Part shown: in pieces, positions 50,501 through 61,457 of the stretch
Numbering within the stretch: position 1 is the stretch's first letter
Layout: the number at the start of each line of letters is the position of its first letter
Assembly: GCA_963924565.1 (NCBI GenBank)
Contig: OZ004610.1
Span: 28,458,001 to 28,522,000, forward strand
Origin: Ascidiella aspersa
Taxonomy: Eukaryota
Length of the DNA: 64,000 nucleotides
Direction of reading: 5' to 3'
Translations under genes and position numbers: made by a program
The notes under the pieces: model-generated
Databases searched by the model: none
What the model was told of the DNA's origin: nothing
Seen by the model: the letters and a program-made list of their open reading frames with translations, nothing else

Positions 50501-53500
50501 CTGGCAAACCCTAATGTCTATATACCCAGTTTAAATTGCATTCATACCCTATGCTGGCCAGATTGGTCATTCTAAAAAATAAATAACACTCTTCCAGTCA
50601 AAAATTTGCTAAAAAAAATACTGGGCCGGCCGATTTTTAAATGGCTAAGTTTATTAACCGAATTTGCTATTTTTCTGGCAGACTCTAAAAGTCTAAAGGC
50701 TACATAACCAGTCTAAATTGCATTCATTGCCAGTGCTGGCCAGAACGGTCATTCAAAAAAAAAACACCCTTTTAGTCAAACATTTGCTAAAAAAAGAAAA
50801 ATAAAAGGGGCCGGCCGATTTTAAAATGGCCACATTCCCCGGACAGTGCATTGCTTATGCAAGCGGTCGTTAGCCCCGAATTTGTTTGGCTAGGTGCTTG
50901 CGGCTTCCTATAGGCGCCCCACTTCTTTACCGCCGCCTAATTCACAAGTTTGTCCCTGCAACGAGGCGACGTGATCACTCACCGAACAGCATTTGACCTT
51001 AACCCACCGCGGAAGTGCATTTGTGCTGTGTGTATGTTTTTCTACCGCCTTGCCACCATTTGGTCGAGTTAAATGCTTTATGTAGACGGCATTCTGAGCA
51101 GTTTTTTGTCAAACTGGCTTCCGCATCGTTTATTTTTTAATTTACTTGTGTTAAGCATTGATAGGGTCCGTCGTTATTCCCAAGAAAGCAAACGAGGTCC
51201 ACAGGGTTTTATGAGCACTTCTTTAATGTTTACAATAACTGAAAACCTAATTTTTGAGGCAGATTTTTTTCTTCACTTTTAAGGACTGTAAATTAAAAAA
51301 TATACAACAAACGTTAGCTTTTAACCAAAGTTTTTTTAATCAATGTATACTTTACGCTTTATGATTGTGAAAGATTGCGACATTCAGTTATGTGCGCCTA
51401 ATATGCAACTGATGTTAGACCAACAGCGTTGCCCATTAGTATGAACCAATATAAAGATGCGTGAGTCATCGTGATCTGCAAAAATCCCACATGAACTAAC
51501 TGGGGTAGCGCAAATGTAGTTACACTGCCGACGCCAGTAGCAAGTCTTGAACGTTTGCTAAATTTTGTTAATACAACCGTACAACATCAGAATTTAAGTA
51601 AATAAAGCCTCGTTATAGAAAATCACTTAGCGTGACTGCAAAAATTATTAATCAATCCTACAAGCACTTGTTGGAGGACAAAGGCAAAACTTTATCGCTA
51701 ATTCTTTTTCTTTTATTCTACGAGCGTTCGGTGTCACTCACCCTGACGAAGGTTACTTTGCATAGGTTGCCGAAACGTTGGTAAAAAATTACAAATACCG
51801 AAAGAGCTGTTTTTTTATTAACATTCAATTATACCCGAGTGTTTGATTTATCATTTTCTTCGTAAATTATAATGTGGTAAGCGGTACTCTGCTTGTTTTA
51901 CAGTTCTCCTCCCACCTACAAGACGCTGCTGAAGAGTGACGGAAGCATGACGTCAGAGGCCTTGCTGCATCCTTCTGCGCCTTACGTTCGCAAAGATTTT
52001 AAGGTGGATATTTTTACAATCTAGAGAACAACACACACAGTATGCACCCAAAGCTTTGCAGTTTAAATAAAAAGTTATAATCTGTGGTCTAAGTGATTGT
52101 GATATTATGACATGACTTGAAAAATTGTTCTGCCAAAATGGCCTAAATTTAGGAAGGAAAAAAAACATTGTTTTCTCAGCCATGTGTGCAGCTTCCGAGG
52201 CTGAAAACTTGATTGGATAACTGGTATGTCGAGAAACTACAAATTCAAGTTTTTAGAGGGATCATGTTTTGCCTTTCTATTAGGCATTGTTTCGTGTTTT
52301 AATATTTCAATCTAGCCTTGTCTTTATTATTTGAATTCCATTTTAAGTATAATATATATAAGGTATTAACCTCAAAGGTAGATTGCTCGAAATGCACAAT
52401 TTAATTTGGGCTCAGATCCGATATAATTATCTTGCATTTCTTAAAATGAATCGGCATAAACTTTCCAATCAAGGCAGCGACAGTTTTGTTTCGCCAGTTT
52501 TGTGAGGTCACGAATTTCATTGTTTTCTAATTGTTCAAAGGTACTAACCTGAAACGTCGATTGCTTGAAATGCACAATCTAATTTGGGCTCAGATCCGAT
52601 ATAATTATCGGAAATCCCTTAAAATTAATCGATAAAAACTTATTTATCAAAGCAGCGACAACTTTGTATCGCCAGTTTTGCGAGGTCACGAATTTCTTTG
52701 TTTTCTAATTGTTCAAAGGTAATAACCTGAAACGTAGATTGCTTGAAATGCACAATCTAATTTGGGCTCAGATCCGATATAATTATCGCACATCCCTTAA
52801 AATGCATCGGCAAAAACCTATCCTATTAAGACAGCGGCAGTTTTGCGTCGCCAGTTTTCTGGCATGCGCGACCCGGCCTCGGTTTTTGTGAATCGAACCG
52901 ACCGCATCCGTCCGCCCATACAATGCTTCCGTAAAGTAGCAGCGAACCCGTGCGACTTGCTGCTGCTGTTGTTGTTGTTGTTATGGTCGTGCCACCGCTG
53001 AACTGTGCTGGCCACGTGGTGCTCAGACCTCGCTTTCGGCCAGAAAAACATGACTCGCGATTGGCCTCTTGCTGCTTTTGATGTATTGACGCTTATGTTT
53101 GCTTAAACACTGATCAACATCATCAGAGATCGAACAGAATAACAAATGTTAAGAATAATTTAAAACAATGGGGCATGATGGTTGGAGGTTGTAGTGAGAC
53201 TTAATAAGAATACCAAAGCCATCATTTTGGACGGTTCGAATAAGTTTTTATTCATTTTCAACAACGTTTAAAATGCTACCTATACTTCTGTATGGGCTTT
53301 GATATTCTTATTACGTACTATATAATAAAACTTTTTTAGTACAGCATTCTGCAGTTACACCAAAAACTGCATCGTCAGTTGTGCTAAAAAACTTATTCAA
53401 ATATAGTTTTGATAGAATTGTTTTAGATCTTTTTAACCTTAGTGTTTGTTTTTTGGATTTTTTTACTATAAATATAATAGCGTTATTCTGTTTTCACCCA

Positions 53501-56500
53501 ACGTCATCAAAGTTAGAGCCTAACTATTTGTTGTTTCTATTTACTACATCTTAACCTAATATTTTTTAAATATTTTCCCCTTTAAGTTTCCCTCACCTAT
53601 ATAAATTGCTACAAAATTGTAGCAAAAGTTGAGTGCAACTAACGAGCATTAGCAAATAGTACTTTGATATCTATATCTATAAACCTATGGGGTGGTAATT
53701 ACAAAACGGCTGATGTGTTATTAAATCTTTTTTAATGTAAAATCACAATCTGCACAGATTCCTACACAAAAAGAGTTACATGGGTACACTGTGCACGGAT
53801 CTGTAATGCAGCTTTATAATGAATTGCAAAGCCAAAAAGGTCGAGATCGACAAAGTTTAACATTAACTGAAGATAATACAAGCTCGTATCGAAACTTTTT
53901 AATCAAAATTATGTCCATCTACTCGACCTATTTGGCTTTGCAATTCATTATCAAGCTACAATACACAGATTCGTGCATAGTGTACCCATGTAACTCTTTT
54001 TGTGTAGGAATCTGTGCAGATTGTGATTTTACCTTTAAAAAACATAAAAGAGTTACAGTTTCGATGTTTTAGCGTTTTAATTGTTTTTCCTTTTTTGGCG
54101 ACCACAACCAGCAACAAACAACATGTTCTCGTTTCGTTGCAGATTTTCCCCGACCCAGTTGGCTACGGTTTCGTGGTTCGCGGATCCGGACCCTGCTACG
54201 TTAAAATCGTCGACCCCGACTCCCCCGCCGGCAAAGCTGGTTTGCAGGTAAACCCAACTCACATTTAAAATCGAACGCTTAAACATTTTTAAAATTTGTT
54301 TTAAATTTACCGTGGCCTATTTAGTTGTCAGAACACTAAAGTTTATTTCATTCACGTTGCGCAGTTATATCACAGCGGGTATGGCTTGTACAGCAAATTG
54401 CCTACTCCTTTTTTCGTTTGTTCAAATATCCGATGATCCATTGCCGCAAAAAAATTGTTTACAATATACCACCTAGAGATTTCCTCGCGCAGCCTGTCAG
54501 GTTAAATTTAGGGCAAAATAACAACGGGTCTGAAATATGCGATGGAAAATGCCTTGCAAAGCTAATGCTTTCGGCATCCGCGCCTTGCGATGCAACATGT
54601 TATTTACTTACGCTCTATATGCGGAGACAAAGAAAAAATAAAAGTAAAACGTATGGGCGTAAACGTGGTTTTGTGTGGCGGCAGCTAAAAGTTTAAAGCG
54701 GCGTGGTATTTGTTTCACAGATAGCATTGTGTTGCGCTAAATAAGCACTTGGATTTTTATCGTCATGATATGGCGTTATCTTTAAACCACTATCGTTTTG
54801 CCCGACTCGAAATTGCCTTTTTCGTTTCCAGGGAACTCGAATCGGCAATAAAACGCCATTAAAATTTACATACTAATTTCAGTTTAGCCGGCCCCACCCC
54901 TCCTCTATGGTTCGTGCACGCATTAGCGGCAAAAAATACCAACATTATAAAGCGGGGTTCAACGCGCAACATCTTGCAAACTAATTAACGAATAATTTCT
55001 GCTAGCCGACGCACTTTATTTCATTAGATTTTAATGATGAGGACTTTTTTAAAAGACAGCTTTTCTGTACAATTGTGGGTTTGTTGACCTACTTGGATGT
55101 CAAAATGTAACAGTGATTTTCCTTTTCTTGAAATAAACTTGGCTAACTAGAATATTTTCAAAAAGCAAAAGGGTGAAAAAGGTTAAAAAGCGCTCCTACA
55201 AAGCAAGCACCTTTTGACCTTTACCGTAACTACCTGGGCACAGTGCCATCGTTTGTATAGCTTTTTGTCTAAATACCGGCATAGCTTTAAACACAGCGAC
55301 TATTATTCACCTTTGGTTTTATCCCCTCACCACAGGTGCTTTTACGACCTTGTTCGTTGGTATATCACTAGCGACGACGGCGCCCGAGAATGAATCATTG
55401 ACCAATTAAAAAGTCCCCTGTGTGTGTACCTAATGTTGAGCTTTACAGCGCCGTAACTCCTTTATGCTGTCCAATTAGGGTGTTTCGAGTCACGGTCATG
55501 TGCTGAGGTGGATACAGAAAATCGATTTCCTTTTAGTAAAATTTAAAGTTATCTTTTTAGGTAATTTGGCCAAAATTTGCTTAAGCGTTAGGAAGTTTGG
55601 TTTTCCCGTGTTGTTACCCTATCATAAATTAACGTTTCCTAATAAATAAATCAGTGTTTGATCGCAAATCACGGCCGAACAACAATAAATTGATATTGAA
55701 TCGGCACCGATATCACCGTATAGGACAAGTACCCGATACAGCCATTCGAACTGGCTATCGGTTTCGATCCGATATTATCGGTATTCACTAGTCACTACAA
55801 ATACAAGCTGGAGAATAACTGTTTTAAAACGAAGCCAATATACCATTAAGGAGATGTTCCAAGTGTTTATTAAGCAATGAAAGTATTAAAAACCAAAAGT
55901 TAAATATATATTACTACACGTTATGAACGGGTCATAAATTTAGAAAAATTTAGTGACGTCACATTTAGCGAAGAATTTAAAGCACCCTTGTGGAAAAACG
56001 ACAGTCGGCGTTTATGGCTCGTGGCATATATAAAGGGATACAAACCATAAAAGATTGAGAACAACTGTTTTAAACTATGAGCACAACGACTTATTTTCGC
56101 ACTCAGGCCAAGCAGTTCATCATCGACATAAACGGCAACAGTGTAACCGAGCTCCCGCACACAGACATCGAGGACCTCATCCTGAACGGACCAAAGTTCC
56201 TCCGGATCGGAATTATGGAGCACAACAAAGCCGAACAGAGGCGGAAGTTGAGCGAGGTGCGTTAATTGCTGAAGTTCAATGAAAAATGCACACTCACATA
56301 TGTGTGTTAAAAACTGCGATCTAGCCCTTCTCAAGCTGCTATTTAACCAACAATTACGGCTTACGTAGCATTAGTACACCTAAAGCCAAGCCTGCTTGCA
56401 TCATTGATCGACAGAAATGGTGAGTCTGCGATGACTCACGGTGTACTAATTTCTGAAGATGGGAGAAGTTTAACTTTTAGAAATCGAGAAATATAAGTTA

Positions 56501-56982
56501 CGAGAGAAAACGTTCGAACCTCACCGCAGGATAGTTTATTTTTCCAGCCTGACCTTGCTTGCACTAAATTAATCTGTTCTGCAGCCATCCATCAAAAAAT
56601 TAACTTTTCAAATAAAAATGCACAAGTGATGCACTTAACAACTTGGTATAAGACTGGGCCAGACATCACCCTAGTATCTGCGAGTAGCAAAATGACAGGT
56701 TAAAACATACAATCGTTTTTGACCGAAATATAAATGACATTTCTATTGCTAAACTTTGCCTACACGAAAGCTAGCGCAAATCAGTTAAACTAAAAAAGCG
56801 CTATATTCAAAGCTCTAATTTATATTTTTTCTACCTTGTAGACGGCCCCCGCTCCCCCTGCAACCCCCACCACCCCCGGCCGGGTCCGTTCCTCCCCTAC
56901 CCTGCCCACCGCCCAGCCCTGGATCAAGCGGCGCGACAGCTACCGCGAAATCCACACCAGCGCGGTAATGAGCCGTTCCTGA
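23562..56982 (+). CDS. DEPTOR: DEP domain-containing mTOR-interacting protein (DEP-DEP-linker-PDZ), 12 coding exons, ~454 aa
   Basis: Exons 23562-23602, 23674-23795, 23942-24076, 24246-24360, 24555-24736, 39506-39656, 42079-42161, 42654-42693, 51904-52003, 54143-54247, 56107-56256, 56842-56982; all phases chain. DEP1 ([15 protein letters not shown]...LYRF), DEP2 (ASDIVSW...[18 protein letters not shown]), linker [27 protein letters not shown] ([32 protein letters not shown]...LILNGP). The last exon is less certain; an alternative stop lies at 56265. Confidence 0.88.
27599..27772. repeat. Local direct duplication of ~70 bp
   Basis: TACCGTACGCAGC.CATA.AGTTCCTGGTATTAAAAGACAACGCT.AAATACATA occurs at ~27599 and ~27701. 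Confidence 0.8.
29355..29404 (+). ncRNA. Degenerate hammerhead-like motif
   Basis: ATGAAC...CCGACGA-T-(weak stem II)..TGCC-GAAA-CG-TC-A-GTTCAT. Stem I arms are complementary; core U4>C and a decayed stem II. Confidence 0.4.
41826..42057 (+). mobile_element. Hammerhead-bearing repeat fragment (Penelope pLTR/retrozyme-like), family shared with 51658-51844
   Basis: Blocks CTACAA..ACTTG.TG.AGGAC, TTCGGTGTCA.TCACCCTGACGA, GCATAGGTTGCC, ACGTTGGT and GAGCTGTTT are shared with the 51.7-kb copy. Confidence 0.65.
41967..42008 (+). ncRNA. Minimal type-I hammerhead ribozyme-like motif
   Basis: ACC-CUGACGA-U-GGCGACUU(GCAU)AGGUUGCC-GGAA-CG-U-U-GGU. Fully paired 8-bp stem II; GAAA is mutated to GGAA. Confidence 0.7.
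42431..42486 (-). ncRNA. Hammerhead-like motif of the foldback family (antisense to DEPTOR)
   Basis: RNA AUCUUGA-CAUUAA-CUGAUGA-U-GAUAC(AAGUAC)GUAUA-GAAA-CG-U-C-UUUA-UCAAGAU. The flank at 42390-42430 matches the arm of the 53737-54032 element. Confidence 0.6.
47324..47445. repeat. Tandem duplication of ~61 bp
   Basis: CAAACTGCCAGTTTTTAATGCCGGCT.ATTTTGGGTGAAAAACGTGCCCGAAA.TCGCAAT occurs twice head-to-tail. Confidence 0.9.
50364..50832. repeat. Degenerate tandem repeat, ~3 units of ~155-180 bp
   Basis: CCAGT.TAAATTGCATT ... CCGATTTT.A.ATGGC recurs at ~50372, 50526 and 50708. Confidence 0.75.
51740..51782 (+). ncRNA. Minimal type-I hammerhead ribozyme-like motif with intact catalytic core
   Basis: ACC-CUGACGA-A-GGUUACUU(UGCAU)AGGUUGCC-GAAA-CG-U-U-GGU. 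All core nucleotides are present, with palindromic AACGUU at stem III; lies within repeat 51658-51844. Confidence 0.75.
52361..52870. repeat. Tandem repeat, ~3 units of 178 bp
   Basis: Units start AGGTA.TAACCT at 52361, 52539 and 52717, each with GAAATGCACAAT.TAATTTGGGCTCAGATCCGATATAATTATC. Confidence 0.9.
53737..54032. mobile_element. Foldback/MITE with ~120-bp inverted arms enclosing a hammerhead-like motif
   Basis: GTAAAATCACAATCTGCACAGATTCCTACACAAAAAGAGTTACATGGGTACACT... is the reverse complement of ...AGTGTACCCATGTAACTCTTTTTGTGTAGGAATCTGTGCAGATTGTGATTTTAC. Flanked by TTAA on both sides. Confidence 0.8.
53862..53903 (+). ncRNA. Hammerhead-like motif at the apex of the foldback
   Basis: AUUAA-CUGAAGA-U-AAUAC(AAGCUC)GUAUC-GAAA-CU-U-U-UUAAU. 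Perfect 5-bp stem I; G10.1>A. Confidence 0.62.
56280..56570. mobile_element. Rearranged fragments of the tRNA-derived SINE
   Basis: GATCTAGCCCTTCT.AAGCTGCT...TTACGGCTTACG as at 17594, plus GTTCGAACCTCAC.GCAGG as at 2381, in mixed orientation. Confidence 0.65.
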
Positions 56983-59900
56983 GAGACAGCGTGTCGACAC
57001 AGTCTGTGGTGCTGTTGTTACGTCACAACGGACGCGCGAGGGCTGAAACAATGCGAAGCGTGAGAGCCGAAAAGTCGGACGCTGCGGTTTGGCGCCGAGA
57101 TCGCCAAGTGCTGGATTCAGGATCCAGCTTCGGTATTTTATTTCAATCGGAGATGAGCAATCTAATGTGAATCGCGGCTGCCTTAAGAGTAACCTGGCTA
57201 ACCTTAAACGTTATTGAGTGAAATACAGGCTGTAAAGTCGGAGCCAGACGCCATACTAAAAAAAAACTCCAATTTGGCTGGAGTCGGACTATGATTCATT
57301 ATTTTTCCGGGATCGGACTAGGGTTTTTACGGACTCCCAGCCCTGGACTTGGACTCAATCCGGTTTTCGAGTGACGTTGTTGCTCTAAAGTCCCGATTCA
57401 ACACCTTGAACAATATTGGGCTTAAAAACTCAGGTTGTGTGCCTGAGTTTGTCGCGGCAAAGTGGGCTTGTGTTGGGCGGATGTACGTTTAATCAAGATC
57501 ATTCGCCTTCTAGGTTTTCCTGTATACGTGCCCCTTCGAGATCGGCCATATCGGCTTTTTCGCCGTTTTTCTCAGCGCGCGTATCGTTCTGCTTACTTTA
57601 CAGCTTTTTTTTGCTCGAACAAATCCATCTACGTAAATTAAGTGGACAGAGGTTGTACTTTGCCTTAATGTTTTCATTGTGTTTTAAAAGCCTTTGCGAT
57701 TAAATTTCGTCACAACTGTTTTGATACCGATAACATCACACCGTCTCTGCAGTTACGACGACTGTCTGATCATCTATCAATAAATAATGCGTAATCTGCT
57801 AATAATACTCGCCTTTTCACGGATAAAGGATGACGTCAACCGTCCGCTCGGATCCAGCGATATTTATCTCACGGTCGTGCCAATTGCTTTTTTCATTTGT
57901 CCGTTCGTCAAACCTGTGGACAGGATCGGCGTTGGTATGTTCAACCCTGTTCTCCAAATCAGCATACTACAATATGTTTATGTCAGAATTAGGACGCTTT
58001 TTTTTCACCGACGAAACTTTGCATTAGGGATCACGTTAGCGTTTAAAAGTCTCCAACGAAATGCCCCTGTTAAAAAATTGTTACCAAACTGTTGTTGTAT
58101 AAATTGACCTGCTATAAGTATAATGAATACTATAGACAATAATTTGAATCATTTATAATAAAGTAATAAAAAGTATTACAACAAATTGTATAGTCGCATT
58201 TCGGCTAATGGCGTAACTGTTACGATATAACATTTCAGTATACGTACAAAAAAGGCAGTATGATGTGTAAGCTTATAGAAAACATCTTTATAAACATCGA
58301 ACACATCGTATATAAACTTGAAATCAGGTTACCGGCTGTCCAAAGTCCAACGTAACGCGAACTTTAAACTTCTGGTTGGCGTAACACTTTCAAAGCCAAT
58401 ACGGTTACCACCAAATCACCCTTGGGACAGAATTCCGTATGACGTGCTGCCGTTACGGTACCATGATCCACACTTGTGTGAAATCTGCACTTCAAGGCGA
58501 CCCTGTAATCTTTGTATAAATAAATGATGGCGCGTCTAGCTGGCATCCCTTTACTTATGATGACTCGTTCGCGTGTAGTACTCAGCGCCCGTCAAATTCG
58601 TGAACGGCAGCTGCTTTTGGCGACTTATTTCATGAACGCTTCCTGTAACCTTTCTCACAAATTGGGTTTGCGTTTCATTCTGTCGGTCAGCTTTTTTAGC
58701 AAAACCGAAAAATTCGTAGGACCTGGTGTGATTTTTTTTAATTGTGTCGCGCATACTTCGCTTTTCGATTGTCGTCGGTTTTGTTTGCGAATTTGCAAGT
58801 TATTTTCTTCGCACAGGATTTTGGAATTTTACCGACGCTCGCGCACACACACATACACGTTTTTAAACCCATTTCGAATCGCAATGGAAGTTTAACAAGT
58901 GAACAAATACGACTGATTTTCGTTGCGAGCCTTGTACATTCGCAATTGGCTGCACGTCCCTTTGATCTGCACACACACACATTATAAGCAGCGCACATTG
59001 CGCAGTATGTTGCCTTATACGCGTTTGTTTATTTGTTTGTTTCTTCTTTCATAGTTTGCCCGCATACGTACAACTTTTATCAACCACTTGTTGTCTGAGC
59101 CAAGCCAGTCGCGGTCGAAAATACGTAAAAATTGCTCAACTCCTTTCGATTTTTCGTGTAAAATGTTGCTACCCCGTTCTTTGTGGACGTAGCAAGCTGT
59201 GTTCATTTTCGTGCTACCTCCAGAGTACTACAAGTTTGACTAAGTCCGGGCGTCTCATCACTGTCGTATCACGGTGTTATACCTCAGTGAAAGGACAACT
59301 TACCGCTACGGTGGATTGCAGTCCTGTTTCATTGTGAAACGTTACTTCCCGCTTAAACGTCATATACGGAGTGAAGTCGCTCTTGGACGCTATCATGCGG
59401 ATAATCGAAATCATATTTTTGTTTATTTTACCGATTTTTTTTAACTCTATAGAAAAGGAATTGCGTTTGCTTTCTTCGAACGGTAAATATTGACCATGAC
59501 GTCTTCGATAATTTTTTTTCGATCGCTTATTTATCCTTTTTTGTTCGATTGAAACGCGACAATCAATTCGAATTCTTTTCGCTTCTCCCTGTGTTCCGCC
59601 TTTCGCCCCATCGGCTTTTTCCCGCCTTGTTTTTTTTCCCACAAATAGTGACGTCGCCGTCGAGTTCCGCCTTTTTCGTGTGTACAGACTTTCGCCTTTT
59701 TGGACAAAGCCGCCTGATCTGATTTCGTACGTTTTCAGTTGCTGTTCGTTTTTTTTTTGTTTGTTTCTTCGTTTTTTTGCTGCTTGAAAAAATACAGAAA
59801 ATGATGTAAAAAGTAATTTATTGTCCTTCATAAAGTTTAAAGAGGAGTGTGATAAGTAAAAATGTAGAAATAGGCATTTTAACAAAATTAGTTGAGAGGC

Positions 59901-60456
59901 TTACAATTTTAACGATGTTTTGTGTACCAAAAAACAACTATGACAATTAGTCACCCTATTAACTAGTTTCCAGCTTTTTTAATAAAAATTCTAGCACTGG
60001 CGTAATTTTTATTGAAGTAAACCAAACCGTATTGTTTCGGACAAAATATTCTTACTAAACCAGACTGACTTTTGTTTAAAACGTAGAAAATGATTAATTT
60101 TGCTTTAATGCTAGTTTGATTGATTTTGCTTTGAGGCTAGTGCAAAATTGTTTTAGTTCAAAAGCAGATCCTTAAGTGGCAATAGAAGATCTACAGAAAT
60201 ACTATTTAATAGGGGAAAGGTTAATGTGTTGTAATATGTTGTGTACAAAATGCCACAATAATGTTGGCCTACATATCGTCATACCTACTGACATATCCAG
60301 AAAGTGTTTTCTTTTTTCTGTATTTATAATGCAATTGAGAGTAGGAAGACATTTCGATGTAGGCCTATTTAATCTTTTTGCTGTTAAGGTACTTAGCGAT
60401 TTATAAAACATAAAAAAGTTGAATAGAATGGTCTGCAATAAATATTGTTTTGTTCC

Positions 60457-60495
60457 AGGGAGTCGAACCGGAACCGAACGGTGTTCGACTCCCTG
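60457..60495. repeat. Tiny palindromic MITE remnant
   Basis: CAGGGAGTCGAAC ... GTTCGACTCCCTG, a perfect 13-bp inverted repeat. Confidence 0.6.
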
Positions 60496-61457
60496 TTTTT
60501 TGCAAACGTTTCAACAATTTACATTTCATGGTTGGCCGAGTGAAATTTCCGCTTGACCTATTTCACCGGTGGACTTTCGTACCAAATGTTTGAAAGACGA
60601 TTACAAGCGCTGCTTTAATGATTTATTGATAACGGCCGCGATACTAATGAGGTTTACGATTCGTGTGATGGGCTACATTTAAGCAAAATGACATAAATTT
60701 GTTCGAATAAACTGCTTTGCATGCAGGACAATAAGTGACACTGTACGAGTAAAACAGTTAATGTCGTTTATCGACGGGACCATAATGGGTTGTTTCCTCT
60801 TAAACCAGTGAACCGAGTTGTATTGTTTCTATACTAAAAACAACATATGGTTGCTTTGTCACAAGATTAAGCTAGATTAGAAACTGAAATGTGCTTTACG
60901 TGTTGTTATATTTTTAACTGAAACAGGCATTGAGATAAACTGTAAATTCTCATTACCTCACGCAGGCAAGCAACACTATTTTACAGGATATTAAAAAAAA
61001 GAAGTAATTTGTGCAACTGTAGAATGAAATACTCCTGCAATAACTGTTTACTAATAGACATGGCCCAGGTCGAAAAGTTTTGTCTGCGCAGGGGATAGTT
61101 GCATTTGAACTCACCAAGAGCTAGTTTTAAGGGAATGTTATTGAAAGAAAAAATCGCGATATTGTGCATATTCAATTTTGAATATGATTTAAATCAGTGG
61201 CATCTGGAGGTAGCATCGTTAGAAAGGTATGATTAAGGCCTACCCCACTTTTTTAATTAAAGGGTTGGTAACGATTTATCAACAATCAGTTATATATATT
61301 TATCTAATTTATCAATTTGTTTTCTTGTGAGGGTTTGTTAAACTAATTATTTACCTAGGTTAGTTTAAGTATATTTTATTTCTTGACACTTTTTAACCAA
61401 CAAATTTGTTCTTTAGCAAGCCAGATTATAGACTTGGTGTAATTAAACATTTTAATC

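Noticed and set aside
59277-59885. 202-aa minus-strand ORF
   Set aside because: A Lys-rich product of antisense T-rich sequence, probably DEPTOR 3'UTR or intergenic; no domain and no ATG-based support.
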